A stretch of 64,000 bases of DNA from Perkinsus chesapeaki ATCC PRA-425 (taxonomy: Eukaryota > Protista > Perkinsozoa). The stretch is from contig JAAPAO010000084.1 in NCBI GenBank assembly GCA_013115145.1, positions 22,960-86,959 of the forward strand, in the 5' to 3' direction. The translations under genes and the position numbers were made by a program. Below the pieces are notes generated by a model that worked only from the letters and a program-made list of their open reading frames with translations, ran no database searches and had not been told where the DNA came from. Positions 28,902 to 40,339 of this stretch are shown here, piece by piece. The number at the start of each line of letters is the position of its first letter. Position 1 is the stretch's first letter.

Positions 28902-31044
28902 TTATGACACTCTTACACTATCACTTTCTCGAAGACATTCAGAAATATCGTTAGCATTCAAGAACACTCGATAAATCCTATATGTCTACTTAACCATTAT
29001 CATATCCTCACTCTATGATTGTCCCACCTACCGTCCCCCAGCTTACTTAAATCCATATCGTCATCATCAATGTCATCCAACTCTTCATCCTCATCATCAG
29101 TTCTCTGTTCAACAACAACATTACCAGATTGTATCAGACCAAGGAGGGTATCCAATGTAATGATTCTCGGACCTGCCACGCTTCAACCTAAGATTCTCTA
29201 CAATACCCACTTTCCTACCTCTCTCAGCCCCTTCCTCCCCTGCAGCTCCCGTCCGAGCTGGACTACGTATCAAACGGAACGTGTGGTGGTCTGAGGTAAT
29301 ATAATACACACTCATTAAGACGAAAGCTACATGGCATAAAGACATACACAGACGAAGGCAGGAAAAACGGTATATACCATATTTTGCTGAATCTATATAG
29401 TCGTCAATAGCTTCCCACATATTTGCACTACTACACGATGCAAATTATACACCCTGTCCGCTACATAAGTCGGACCGAATCAGATAGTAAACCAAAGTGC
29501 ATGCCAGAAGAAAGCCTATATGATTGATGCCCCAAAAATGTGTAGTTCAACATGACTAAGGAGGTGGTATGCTCCCTGACAGTAGACTCTAGAAGTCGTG
29601 ATATCTCGTATGACCCTTCCACTATGTAACTCGCCACATTATGGACCAAAGATACTAAATAGCTCAATATCATACCTCCTGCGGCTTAGATTCACCTCCA
29701 AAACTACGAACCGTAATAAACTCTTGAGCAGGGTTGCGATATTCTACGATTATTCACGTGTTTTCCCACATAAAAAACTTCGCTCCGCTGTCCTCCAGCC
29801 ACTACCTTGTCCTTCGGGAAGATTGGCCGTCCTAATAGGATGCTCCGGTATAGTGAGCTGAGCGTCCATATAGGAATGATAACACCCATCACAGAGATCA
29901 TAGTCGTCACACTGCTCGCACTTCCAGCGATTGCGCCCGACAATAGGGGACATGTCGCAGCAGTCACAACGGACCCCAGGGTGATGGGGACCGGCTGGCT
30001 CGGGGCCGCGCCCCATCCCTCTCGAGAACAAGGCGCGAAGAGGATTCTGCCTCCGACGCTCCGCCTCTATTTTATCAGCTTCCGCGTCCTCTCCAATCTC
30101 CCTTAAATACTTGACAGAATCCGTAGGTAATTTATGCCTAATGAGATAGATAGTTAGCCTTCCTTCCGAGCGACCCAGGTTCGATTCCACTCACCGACAC
30201 ACTGGACAAGAATCGCTTTTCTCCAACCAAGGAACTAAACAGTCCCTATGAAACAGATGCCCACAAGGCAAACTAGTGGAGTCCGAGTCACCGGCATCTT
30301 CCCTATTGAACTCCAAAGTACCTATCAACACCGAAGTGAGAATCAATGAGACTGGTGGGGAAGCCGGAACAGAGAGTAAGTGCAAGAAAGAGCAACCCAT
30401 TGAACTACCAATTAGTATAATAAAGATACACATCTACGAAATTAATAGTATTATACGATAGTAGGTATAAAAGTATTAAAATGGATCCCTTTATTACAAA
30501 TGCTACACTCATCCACGGATGACTCTATAAGATCCTCAGCCTTCATCTCAGTCTTCACACGTTTGGGAGCCACAGGCAGTCGATCAATAAACGCCTACCC
30601 TCATACCGCTCCTTCCCCAGATCTTACTGTCTATATTACCTTGCACGTAGCAGGAGTAGAGGCATCCTGTTGACGCCTGTTCACTGCATTAGAGCTCTCC
30701 TCAGTCTGATGGCGCTCAGCTCCAGCCAACATCATCAGCGTTTGTAACAGATCATCCGCTGGCACTCTAGCGGCCTCCACGAAACTACCTCAGGCATATC
30801 TTTCCTACTCAACCTGGCCCGCTTACCCTCCGCCGCACTCCGGGCAACTGTTATCATCTGCAAGTCTGGGAATGCTCTTCCGACATTCATGACAGTAGTA
30901 CCTATTAAAGCACATCTCTTCCTCTACTTAAGCTCCCTATTACTGATTAGCAGCTCCCCGGCCACCTCCGATCCTCATGGTGAGCATGCGTGGACGACCG
31001 TTTGGTTCACCAGAGGATTGATCACGAGCGCCGCTGCCGTCCAT
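28902..31044 (-). CDS. RING-H2 E3 ubiquitin ligase, RNF115/RNF126-like, with an N-terminal zinc ribbon and an extra ZZ-type zinc finger
   Basis: [28 protein letters not shown]; CSIC|TLEF...[26 protein letters not shown]; [34 protein letters not shown]; acidic tail. The 3' end is approximate. Confidence 0.8.
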
Positions 31045-32769
31045 TAGTAGCCCTTAACAAACGCTCTACTACGCGAAAATTTCGCGACAATTTTACTGGG
31101 AAAAGCGAGAAATTGCTGTGCTCAGATGGATTAGCGAAATCTCTGAAAAGGATGGTAAGAAGTAAATCTGGAAAGCCTCGTGGTAAGCCGGAAATGACCG
31201 AAGGGACAGAAGGTCACGTTGAGGAAGTGTGAGAAGAGGCAAGTGAGCAAGATTTATCGTACTGACGAGACAATTCAAAAGGTCTGCATCAGTTGTGGAG
31301 GTCCATTCTGGAATCGATTCCGCTGATTTTATTCATCAATCCCACCTAATCGATTAGATCTTATAATTCCAAATTATTACCGGCAACTATCGCACAAGAA
31401 AGACAAAAGCTAGTGGACAGCTCGGGCCAGCTATCAACCTCTCAGGAATCTTTTGTCACAGTAGCGGATACTCTAGCGCCTAACACTCCACCTTACCTAT
31501 GAACGCTTTAGTTAAATCATATATAAATGTTAAAGACGGGGCAATTGCCTGCCATTTCCCCGGAGTCCTCTACAAGTACTCCTGCGCATGGCTTTGGTCA
31601 ATCTATCAAATGGCGAGACCGGTAAGGACTCCCTATTACTTCATCTAGTCCCTTATTACTATCAGTTCCATTATATCTCCGTTGCTTATTTCCACATATT
31701 CACGTTCGTATTGCCCACGCTTTTGCCACTATTGAATTCCAAGCTTCGGCTCTCCTTTCCATAAGATTCATTTTCAGGTCGAAACCAGGCAGCCTGGACT
31801 ACTGTTGTATATTCCTCTTCTGGACCTGTGCTCTCGCCCAGCTTATTTGCGGTATAGTAGTCGCCAGCTCCACTAACTACACTCGTCCTTTCATCAATGA
31901 TGATGTAAGGTCCTCGGAGAGCCTTTTCTGCGTATAAATTACACTTTAATCTACACCTTTTCAACGCTTATTTCGACAATAGTAACTTCAACTTGAAAAG
32001 TTGGTGTAACTTTATATATGCGCTGTTCCTTGATATTTCCAAAATTTCTTGGCTAGGGCTTGCATCCAGAACTCTTTGGTAATCAACTCTGAGGATCGAG
32101 CCAGGTTCGAACTACTTTTCTTGAACGGCATTGTTTGTCATTCCCACTGTGTGTTCGTTTCCAGGCTCTAATATGCCCGAACGGCTACAACTTTGCGATT
32201 ACAGATTGTGTAGGAGAGGCCACAACGTTACTCAATCCAAGGTAAGCGACTTGAACAAGCCTTGGAGAATGCTATTGAGAGCTAAGCCTTGGCGACTGGC
32301 CTGACGTGGCCGATTCCCGAGGGCGCGGGTGGATGTTTTATCGACTAGACCGTGCGTCTGAAGTTCCCTAATTATTCAGTTTTCAATGTAGAGTGTTAAT
32401 ATTAGTATATGGCGACTCAATAGGTTTATGTAGTAGTGTATGTTATGTATATTAATGTGTATATGCTAGTATATGTTATATCGGTAATATCCGAATAACT
32501 GTATTACCGTATGCCATTGCCCGAATGGCAGTAGTACGAAATGAGGGGCCCCGGCGGCCTACGCCCTTTAGACAATCTGATACAGATTGAGAACTGGTGC
32601 TTGGTTTTGTCTTTGTGAGTGACAGCAGTCTTACTATAAAAAACTCAATATTGTCATTTAGTCAATCTTACTGTAAGTAGTTTTCAAATACTTATCACTC
32701 GGTATATTGTAATAGCAGGTCGATATTCATAATGTTAATTTGTGATCATCACATTTAGGTTTTATTAGG

Positions 32770-34524
32770 TTCCCTGTTGGATTGCTCCAAGGTGTCTTTG
32801 TCAGTTTATTCTCGTGTGTAAACGATTCCCTGTGCAACGAGATTCGCGCATGTACCAATTCCAGAAGCCTCACAGAGACGTCTTCGAGGAGCCTTGCTGA
32901 GTTCGCAGAGACCGCCGTAACGACCACATTTCTGCTAATTCCTTTCATGCCCTTCATGTAGGTCGCTGCCGATCTATGGGAGGCCCTAGGTGACTATTGG
33001 TTCATCCCAACCACTATATTCCCTGCCATGGTCGTCATAGCTCTCCTGTGGCTTCTAGCTTCCGAGTACCTTCCCAGGGCCCTTGTGTGGTCTACTCTAG
33101 GCTCCTCGGTGGTGTTCCTCATTGCCTTATGGGCGCTCTGGTAGGGACGACGCTTCCATCGACATTCTGCACACAAACTTTTCAGGACCTTCGAGTACGG
33201 AATTAACAATTGGATGCTTCTCGTGGTTGCAGGGATCGTTGTCATTCTCAGTGCGGTTTTCTACAAGTCGATAAATCGTGCTGCGAAAGTTATGTCAGTT
33301 GCGGCCAGTGGCCTTCGTAGCACTCCATCCATTATCGTGGTTTGCCTTCTATTGAAGGGTATCTTTGTTGGCTATGTAATTCTTTGGATATTCTTTATGG
33401 TGCGCTCAGCCCAGACCAAAGAGCTCAACTCGAGCGATTGCTCTTTGAGATCTTCGCCTGGGATTGGGTTTGCTCGGTTCCTGTTCGGTTTGTTATTTTG
33501 GATATTCACATATGTATTTCTTAATATGAAAACAGTAGTATGTGCTGCTGGTATTGGTGCATGGTATTTCCCAAATGGTGATGGTGAACCAACAGTACCA
33601 GCTCTTAAAGGTCTACAATGGGCATTTACGTCAAGCTCTGGCGCAGTTATGTTTGCAGCTACTATAGTTGGTGTTACTAGATTCATTCTCAATCGTATAG
33701 GAAATGCCTGTCACTGTCTGCCATGGTTTCTGACCCCTCTCGGTTGCCTGTGGAAATGCTTCACTTGTTGTTGCCTCAGTATCCTTGAAGCTTTCTCCAA
33801 ATTCGCAATAATCGGCCAAGTGTTTGCTGGTGGTAGTTTCTGCGGTGCTGGTCGGAGGTCTTTCCTCCTCATAAAGGATCGACTAGGAAAAGCCTTTATA
33901 ACTGATGGTGTCGGTCACACTGTTGTATCTGCTATTACGTACCTTTTCCCTTTCTCCCTCGGAGTCGCCTCGTGGCTCTGGCTCGATGCCGCTCAGGGGT
34001 ATCAAACACTGTCGGAAGTTAACACTTTTTTACTCATTCCAATTCTGCTGGCATTCGCATTGCTTATATCTACGCCAGTCTTCACCGTCGTCCTAATCAC
34101 TTGGCTATCGCCTCTGCTGCACCAGTGGACCTGTGGTGACGACGGCTGCGACTCTGCCATCCAGGCCGATGCCCAGAGGGCGATTAACTCTGTCACAGGA
34201 GCTTTGTTCATTGGCTCTGTTTGCTTTACATTCTTCAACTTCTTGGCCGATGTGATTCTTTGTTCGATTGACACCGTATTCTTCTGCTTCGCCATCGAGG
34301 TTGACACTATGGGTTACCAAAGGCGACTGGAGGGCGCCGTCTACTCCAAATTGCAAGACGCCTACGAGCTGAATCCTCCGTCCGATTGTTCCAGCTCTCC
34401 GCATACAGCGTGCGAGGAAGCCGAAGCGAATGGCCAGATGCCACCAGAAGGTCTTGTGAGTGCCCAGCAAGCCACGCTGGGTTATGTGGCAGCAAGTCCA
34501 GGGAATAGCATATGTTATGTTTGA
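32770..34524 (+). CDS. Choline transporter-like (CTL/SLC44 family) protein, paralog A; 5' end unresolved
   Basis: Multi-TM ORF 33214-34524 with AAGIGAWYF...LQWAFTSSSGAVMFAATIV, FSKFAIIG...SFCGAG and CSIDTVFFCFA. Upstream exon VAADLWEALGDYWFIP starts at 32961. Confidence 0.8.
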
Positions 34525-34785
34525 AGACATTTGTCTCTATATTTCGACCGTGTCGGTATTTTGTACGTTGTTTGTATTCTAAAGATTATGAAACAGTCTT
34601 TCAATAAAATAATGACCAGGTAAAGTCATTAGATTATTTCTATTACGTGAAGCCTCGTGTTACCAGTATTATGCTGTGAGTGATTGGAGCTGGAAAGGCA
34701 GACGAACTGCTCAAGTCTAGGTAATGACTTATAGCGATGTACAGTTTTCGTGCATTTGACTTCGAACTCCGAGGGAGGTAACTGA

Positions 34786-34807
34786 GGCGTGGGCCACGCC
34801 GCGTGGC
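34786..34807. mobile_element. hAT-type excision footprint, T=GGCGTGGC (duplicated at 43317-43338)
   Basis: ggcgtgg + gccacgcc + gcgtggc, an exact match to the pattern. Confidence 0.7.
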
Positions 34808-35138
34808 TTGCTGCATTTCACTGTCTAACGTTCATTGGGTCTAGTCAGTCTCTAGATCTCCTTCTACAACAACCGATAAGACTGGTGTTTGTGAGATGTC
34901 CATGGCCCAAATTGTGATTCCCACATAGCGGTGTGTCGCAGTATTCGTCGCCTATGAACATGGTACCGGTGAATCATTGACACGATACCGTCGATGTGAT
35001 AATAGTATTCCAGGGCATGGTATTTCCAGAGAGAAATGTCTAAGCGTGCTTTCCTTTGGGTTGCAACACTCTTCTTCGATCGCACGGTCCTTTCTTCTGA
35101 ACTCTCTTTAGTGACATGGAACACTATGCAGTACGGCG

Positions 35139-35450
35139 ATGCGTAAGACCAGGCTTGAATTACAGACAAGTGTGGATAGCAGTTACAGCACCGAATGGGG
35201 CACACCTACCGAGATAGAGCGAGCTAATAGACTGGCAAAGAAGCGCGGCATCAGTCTGGAAACAGCTCGTGATGTGGGATACCTAGCTCAGTGTTCCGTT
35301 GTATTTCCTGACCGTGGTCAGATACTCGCGGACTCGAGGTTCCAGCGAGAGGCAGACCGACTTCGAGAGTGGCAGAAGAAGTATGATGTTATCGCTTTGC
35401 AAGAAGTGGAGTTCACTCATGAAAATGCGGTGCGCCTGATTGACAAGTAG
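35139..35450 (+). pseudogene. Truncated ORF with an endonuclease/exonuclease/phosphatase-like motif (duplicated at 43670-43981)
   Basis: YDVIALQEVE resembles the first EEP motif. A stop follows 14 codons later and no further motifs were recognised. Confidence 0.3.
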
Positions 35451-37133
35451 GCCATCGGACGGCAGAAGGCTACGTCGACATGCTCAGGATCGAACTGGTG
35501 ACATCTGAGTGGATAGCAGGGTGTCCATTGCCTGCACCAGAGTCCACATCTACCTTCGCTACGCCTCTCCTGCTCCGCCGGCAGCGCTTCACTAATGTTG
35601 TCCCATTGAGCAATGGTACAAAAGACATTCCTGGGTGCATCGTCGAGGCTGTGACACGCGAAGGTCGACCTACTTCCTGCTAGTGGTTTTATGCCTGTAG
35701 TGTTTCAGGCCTAACGATGGTGATTGGTAGCCTTCACGCAAAGTCGGGACCTATAAGGGCTGATGCTGTATCAACTGTCAGGAGCTTCTTGCAGCATCTG
35801 GATGATAATCTTAATAATCGCACTGATCAGCTCATCTTCCTTGGAGGAGATTGGAACTCCCACATGTAACAATCTCACTCGTCCTCGAACCCTTGCAACT
35901 TGCAAGCTGCAAGCCACGCTTATCGGGCCTGATGAATGATGACATTGCGAAGATGGCAATCTTTAGCTTGTTCCATTCAAAGCCTTCCGGTGTGGAGCGC
36001 CCTGTCTGATCAGGTATGACCTGCTCCCACTATTCCAGTCATCATCTCCCGACTGGACCCTCCACACTGTACCGACGAATGACACCCCCTTATGGTCTTT
36101 ACCGAGGTTCACTAGTCAGCATGAACATAATTGGCTGGCTGCTTATGACGGATGGTTCGTGCTAACTCCAGCGTCAATGTGAGATATTAGGCAACAATCG
36201 CATGCCGTAGCTTCTTCTTAGTCCACGTTATCGGTTCTCCACAACAGAGCTTCGTCAAGGCTTTCTCCCCAAGTACTTGCTTCGCGAAGGTGATAGCACG
36301 TACCGGGCGAGTCCGTTCTACTATGGCAACTGCCGAGGCGAGGACGGTAGGCCTGGTTTTCGCTATCCGGAGATTACATGACTGCGGCAGGTCCCGCGTC
36401 ACGTTTCCCTGAGTGCATTTCTGGGCAGCTGAAGATCGAGACGAACGGAGCTACTTGGATATACCCTCATCTACTTGCCGATGTCGGCCTTTCAGACCAC
36501 ATGGCAGTCGAAATGAGAATACATGACGAACGCTGGGAAATAAGTTTAACTTAGCCTGGCTTGCTACGAAACGTGATGGCGAAGCAGCTTAAAGGTTTCT
36601 TGTCACGACGTGTGATGGAGTTAGAAAAGGCTCGACGTGGTGGAAGAAACGTACGGACACCACTATGGTGCCGCCATATACTCCCAATGTGTCCTAATCA
36701 AAGGAATTCCACAGTTGGGAGTCAAAATCCAACAAGCCGGATACTGCGCCTACCCACACTAGTGGCTTCGTCGCTAGCACCTCGAAAGCACAAAAGAGTT
36801 TACCAGGAAGAAACCGATTGCTACAGTTGACAAATCGCAAATAGGTCGCGCCTCGGAACTTCGAGTTCATTAGATATCTATCTTCAGGCTTTTAATGTAA
36901 TTTCCCTCAATGGTTGAGGAGCACTCGGACCTGTCCAATTGGCTAATCATTCAACACTAGCATTTGCGCGGCGGGGACCGCGCGTAGACCTACGGAAGGT
37001 GCAGAGATGCATGAATCCAGTATACTCCGAATGTAGACATGCAAAGAGACAGAGCAAATGAAACGCCATCAGTGAGCTTCATCCGGTAGAGTTACACCCA
37101 CATGTTCTGTTACACCTACCAGAAAATTCGCTC

Positions 37134-37215
37134 CAAAGACCAGGGATAGTGTGGACCACAGTATCCCTGGTCTTTGAAAAAGAAATCCCGACCACAGTCT
37201 GTGGTCGGAATTTCT
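37134..37215. mobile_element. Double-extended hAT-type excision footprint, T=ACTGTGGT
   Basis: Two adjacent 1-nt-loop palindromes (21-bp and 17-bp arms, one mismatch each). Each is centred on accacagt, and aaaa separates them. Confidence 0.7.
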
Positions 37216-37294
37216 CACAAATGTCGTGACACCGCGCAGCGGGGAGATAGTTGGCGGTTGGGAAGGCTTCGCGCACGTTTTCGTACTGTATGTG

Positions 37295-37535
37295 TTCAGG
37301 GGGATGCCACGATCGCTCGAAAAGAAATCACGTCAACGCAACCGAGTGCTTTAAAAACGAGCTCAACCACCCGGAGCAGTACCGTCGTTCAAACGCGTAG
37401 GGCAACGACACATCGGGCATTGATGCTGGGTCATAGGCGGACTGCTGAAGCAGGTCGGAAAGCAATATGTGCGATAAATATGCTTGCACGGGAGCTGAAC
37501 CACATTGTCATCATGGCTGAGGGGTTCCAGGCAAA
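37295..37535 (-). pseudogene. 5'-truncated RING-H2 pseudogene, paralog of 51868-52398
   Basis: Aligns to 51802-52050. It reads LWAICLEPLSHDDNVVQLPCKHIYRTYC...CPMCR, with the first Cys changed to Trp and the second His to Arg. Confidence 0.85.
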
Positions 37536-37925
37536 TGGCCCATAGATAATTAGCCTGAAATATTTGTAAATCTACATCTAATAATAAAAGAATTAACTCT
37601 GCTAGGAGTAGAATATCTTAACAGCAGTTACATTCTTCTGGGTGAACCAAAGTTTAGTTACCAAAGAGTTACAGAACAGTATAAGCTCTATACTATAGGT
37701 ATTAAACCCTTCCGGCAGTTGCACATGGAATGGATAGCCTAACTGAGGCATTCTCGGCGTTGAACTATAAACCCTCTCACACACACTAATGCGCGGTTGC
37801 TAATGCGCGGTAAGCGCAGCTGCTGAATCGGATGACATTGCTGGAGTCGGGGATGCGCAGAACCATGCTTGAGGAGATGTATCGGTCGAGAACACTAGGG
37901 ATTCTCATAAATGTCATGACAGTGT

Positions 37926-38803
37926 TATTCTCTGAGATAGCTGGTGTCTGCCAAGGTTCTTGCCTTGGCCCTATTCTATGGCTAATCTACTTTTCACCCA
38001 TACAGCCTGCTGCTACTATCGCTGCTGGACCCGGCCTATCCACCTACACCTTCGCTGACGACCACACGCAAGGATCTAGCAGCCGCGACCAACTAGATAG
38101 AGGAGAATCAGGAGCCCTGCGATTCACTGCTGGTGCCAGGATAACTATGGAACCATCAAAAAAGGTTCTGAGTTGCTTTACTAACCGAGCTCGCTCTACT
38201 GCTGATAGTTGCCCCATCCTACTTGGACTTCGGATTGACCCCGGTCTTACTATGTCCGTACACTTCGACCATGTTCTTAAGCGAGTTGCCGTGAGAACGG
38301 CCCAACTCCTTCGACTCCGACCCTTCATGGACACTGAGCAACTAGGGCGTTGCTTCAAACAGTACTGCTGGCCATATTTGAAGTATGGCATGCCTGGTTT
38401 TATTCATGCTAGCGAAGCTCAGTTAAAGCGACTTGATGCCTGTCAAGACCGTTTCCTGGAACTCACAGGTTGCTCTCTCCCGTCTCTTGGATGGAGGCGA
38501 CATGTGGGTATAATGACTTGGCTTTATAAAGTTATAGTTCTACACAGAGGTTCTCCCTCTCTCCAGTCACGGTTCACTATAACTCAAGGACAGAGTCGTT
38601 ACACTACGCGTTCCACCTCCCGATTGCACTCATACCAACTCGAGATCAAAAAGAAATCAGATGACATAGTTATATACCGTCGGTGGTGTAGGGCTCTCGA
38701 CGCATGGAATGCCCTCCCGTCCTCTGTATTTCCTGAAGAGCGCACAAGGATTGATCACTTCAAAATAGCCGTATCATTGCTGAATCGTTTTTTGTAAAAA
38801 AAA
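37926..38803 (+). mobile_element. 5'-truncated non-LTR retrotransposon (CR1/L2-like LINE), 3' half of RT, A-tail, probable agtgt TSD
   Basis: GVCQGSCLGPILW, TFADD, LGLRID, PYLKYG and WNALP motifs. The stop at 38797 runs into an A-run. agtgt occurs at 37921-37925 and 38803-38807. Confidence 0.9.
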
Positions 38804-39185
38804 GTGTCACGGTGACACCGCTCCGTCGAGACATAGTCTGCGGATCTAGTAACTGCACGCATGTGCACCGTTTGCTGACAAGGCTGGAGGTTCGCATATG
38901 AACCGTAGTAGCACAGAGATCATATGGCCAAATCGCGTCAAATTGTTCGAGTGGTTACCCTCCCTTTCAATTCGGCCTTCGAGCTGCTCACCGTCCATGG
39001 TACAGCCTTCGTGCTACTTGTTCACAAAATAATGTTTATTTAATAACTGAATCCAACGTAGGAAACGTGTCTAAAAACGTTAGTTCGTTCCTCACTCTCC
39101 TAGGAATGAGCGCCTTGTGGTCACTGAGCTCTCATCCTGTGATCCTTTACCTTCTAATCACTAGGTGCTCTTTTTCTCTCAGCGA

Positions 39186-40172
39186 ATGTCTAGAGTAATC
39201 TTCCTCGTGTATCAGCTGCACACCATTATCATCACGGTGGCTGATGCTATCGGGGGAGGAAAGTTTCACAACTTCTCAGACTACACTCCCAGGAGCCCAG
39301 TAGTTGGGGTCCTAGCCCTTCCTCCTCAGGGGACCCTCAAAGGGCCGTTCGTCTCTGAGTTCGTGGTAGAGTTCTTAGAAGGTGCTGGGATACAGGTCGC
39401 TCCAGTGCTCTACGACGACCCTAACTTGGAGTCCTTACTATCCCGCCTCAATGGCATTTATTTATCCGACGGAAGCATCGACATTACCTTCGATCACCCC
39501 TATGTGAAGGCAGCCTCGAGAATTTACCAATTTGCCCTAGATAGGTATTCTAAAGATGGCCCTTTCCCCTTGATCGGGTTCTGTCAAGGCCATCAAATTC
39601 TTGCTGCTCTGGCGGCGGGCACCACTGATGTTATTCTCAAACATGCCTACAAGACTGATGATGTGGCCCTTACCCTGAAGATAATTGGCAATGGAGGGAG
39701 GATGCTCGGCTCGCTCCCATCGAATGTGAAGTATATATTGGAAAACAATCCAGTGACGCCCAACCTGCATAGGGATGGCGTTCCACCTGGGATGTGGGGG
39801 GCTTACAAGGGGCTGAAAGACCAGTTTGTGATGACAAGCACCAGCAAGGATCCATATACTCAGCAAGACTTCTCAGCCACTATGGAGTCCCAGCCTGGTA
39901 AGCCTGTTATGTACGGCCTTCAATGGCATCCAGAAATGATTCCGTACAATTGGGATCCCTTAGTTAAGAAAGCGATTGTTAAAACAGAAGATTCTTTTCT
40001 GGTCAGCAGCTCTTTTAGCTTTTTTGTCGGTAGTCTCTTTCGCGGTAAGACCCATAAGTTCTCGAACCCCAGAGATCTGGCTAAAGCACTTGTTCGTAGC
40101 TATCCTCGTCTATGTGAGGAGGATGATGTTGTAATGGGAACATGCGTTTACCTCATCCAACACTCAAGCTGA
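39186..40172 (+). CDS. GGH: Gamma-glutamyl hydrolase (peptidase C26, class I glutamine amidotransferase-like), intronless, probable signal peptide
   Basis: RSPVVGVL; FLEGAGIQVAPV; FPLIGFCQGHQIL with the nucleophile Cys; YGLQWHPE with the catalytic His/Glu. A pyrimidine-rich AG (tttttctctcag) lies 3 nt before the ATG. Confidence 0.85.
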   Translation: MSRVIFLVYQLHTIIITVADAIGGGKFHNFSDYTPRSPVVGVLALPPQGTLKGPFVSEFVVEFLEGAGIQVAPVLYDDPNLESLLSRLNGIYLSDGSIDITFDHPYVKAASRIYQFALDRYSKDGPFPLIGFCQGHQILAALAAGTTDVILKHAYKTDDVALTLKIIGNGGRMLGSLPSNVKYILENNPVTPNLHRDGVPPGMWGAYKGLKDQFVMTSTSKDPYTQQDFSATMESQPGKPVMYGLQWHPEMIPYNWDPLVKKAIVKTEDSFLVSSSFSFFVGSLFRGKTHKFSNPRDLAKALVRSYPRLCEEDDVVMGTCVYLIQHSS

Positions 40173-40317
40173 TTTTTTTCTCGGGTGTTGCTGATGCTGA
40201 AATAGTTGAGCCTCCTCTATCACATTTCTCCATTAATGTAGGACGGCGAAGCAGAGTCAAGACTTGTTCTAACTATTCTTCAAGGACTTCATTTAGCTGA
40301 TCACTATTTTCATTGTA

Positions 40318-40339
40318 GTCTAGTGACTAGACTCTAGTC
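40318..40339. mobile_element. hAT-type excision footprint, T=GTCTAGTC
   Basis: gtctagt + gactagac + tctagtc, exact. Confidence 0.7.

Larger units (their letters stand above)
34291..36645. repeat. Segmental duplication, copy 1 (about 2.35 kb, direct)
   Basis: Near-identical to 42836-45175, from gccatcga to cgacgtggtgga. Confidence 0.95.

Noticed and set aside
31686-32240. Minus-strand ORF fragments resembling a decayed hydrolase
   Set aside because: No diagnostic motif.
34793-34830. GC hairpin as a Helitron 3' end
   Set aside because: The triplet scar explains it exactly, and the CTRR spacing and context are wrong.
37832-37925. N-terminal part of the 321-aa ORF as part of the LINE
   Set aside because: It lies upstream of the inferred TSD and is a chance open frame.
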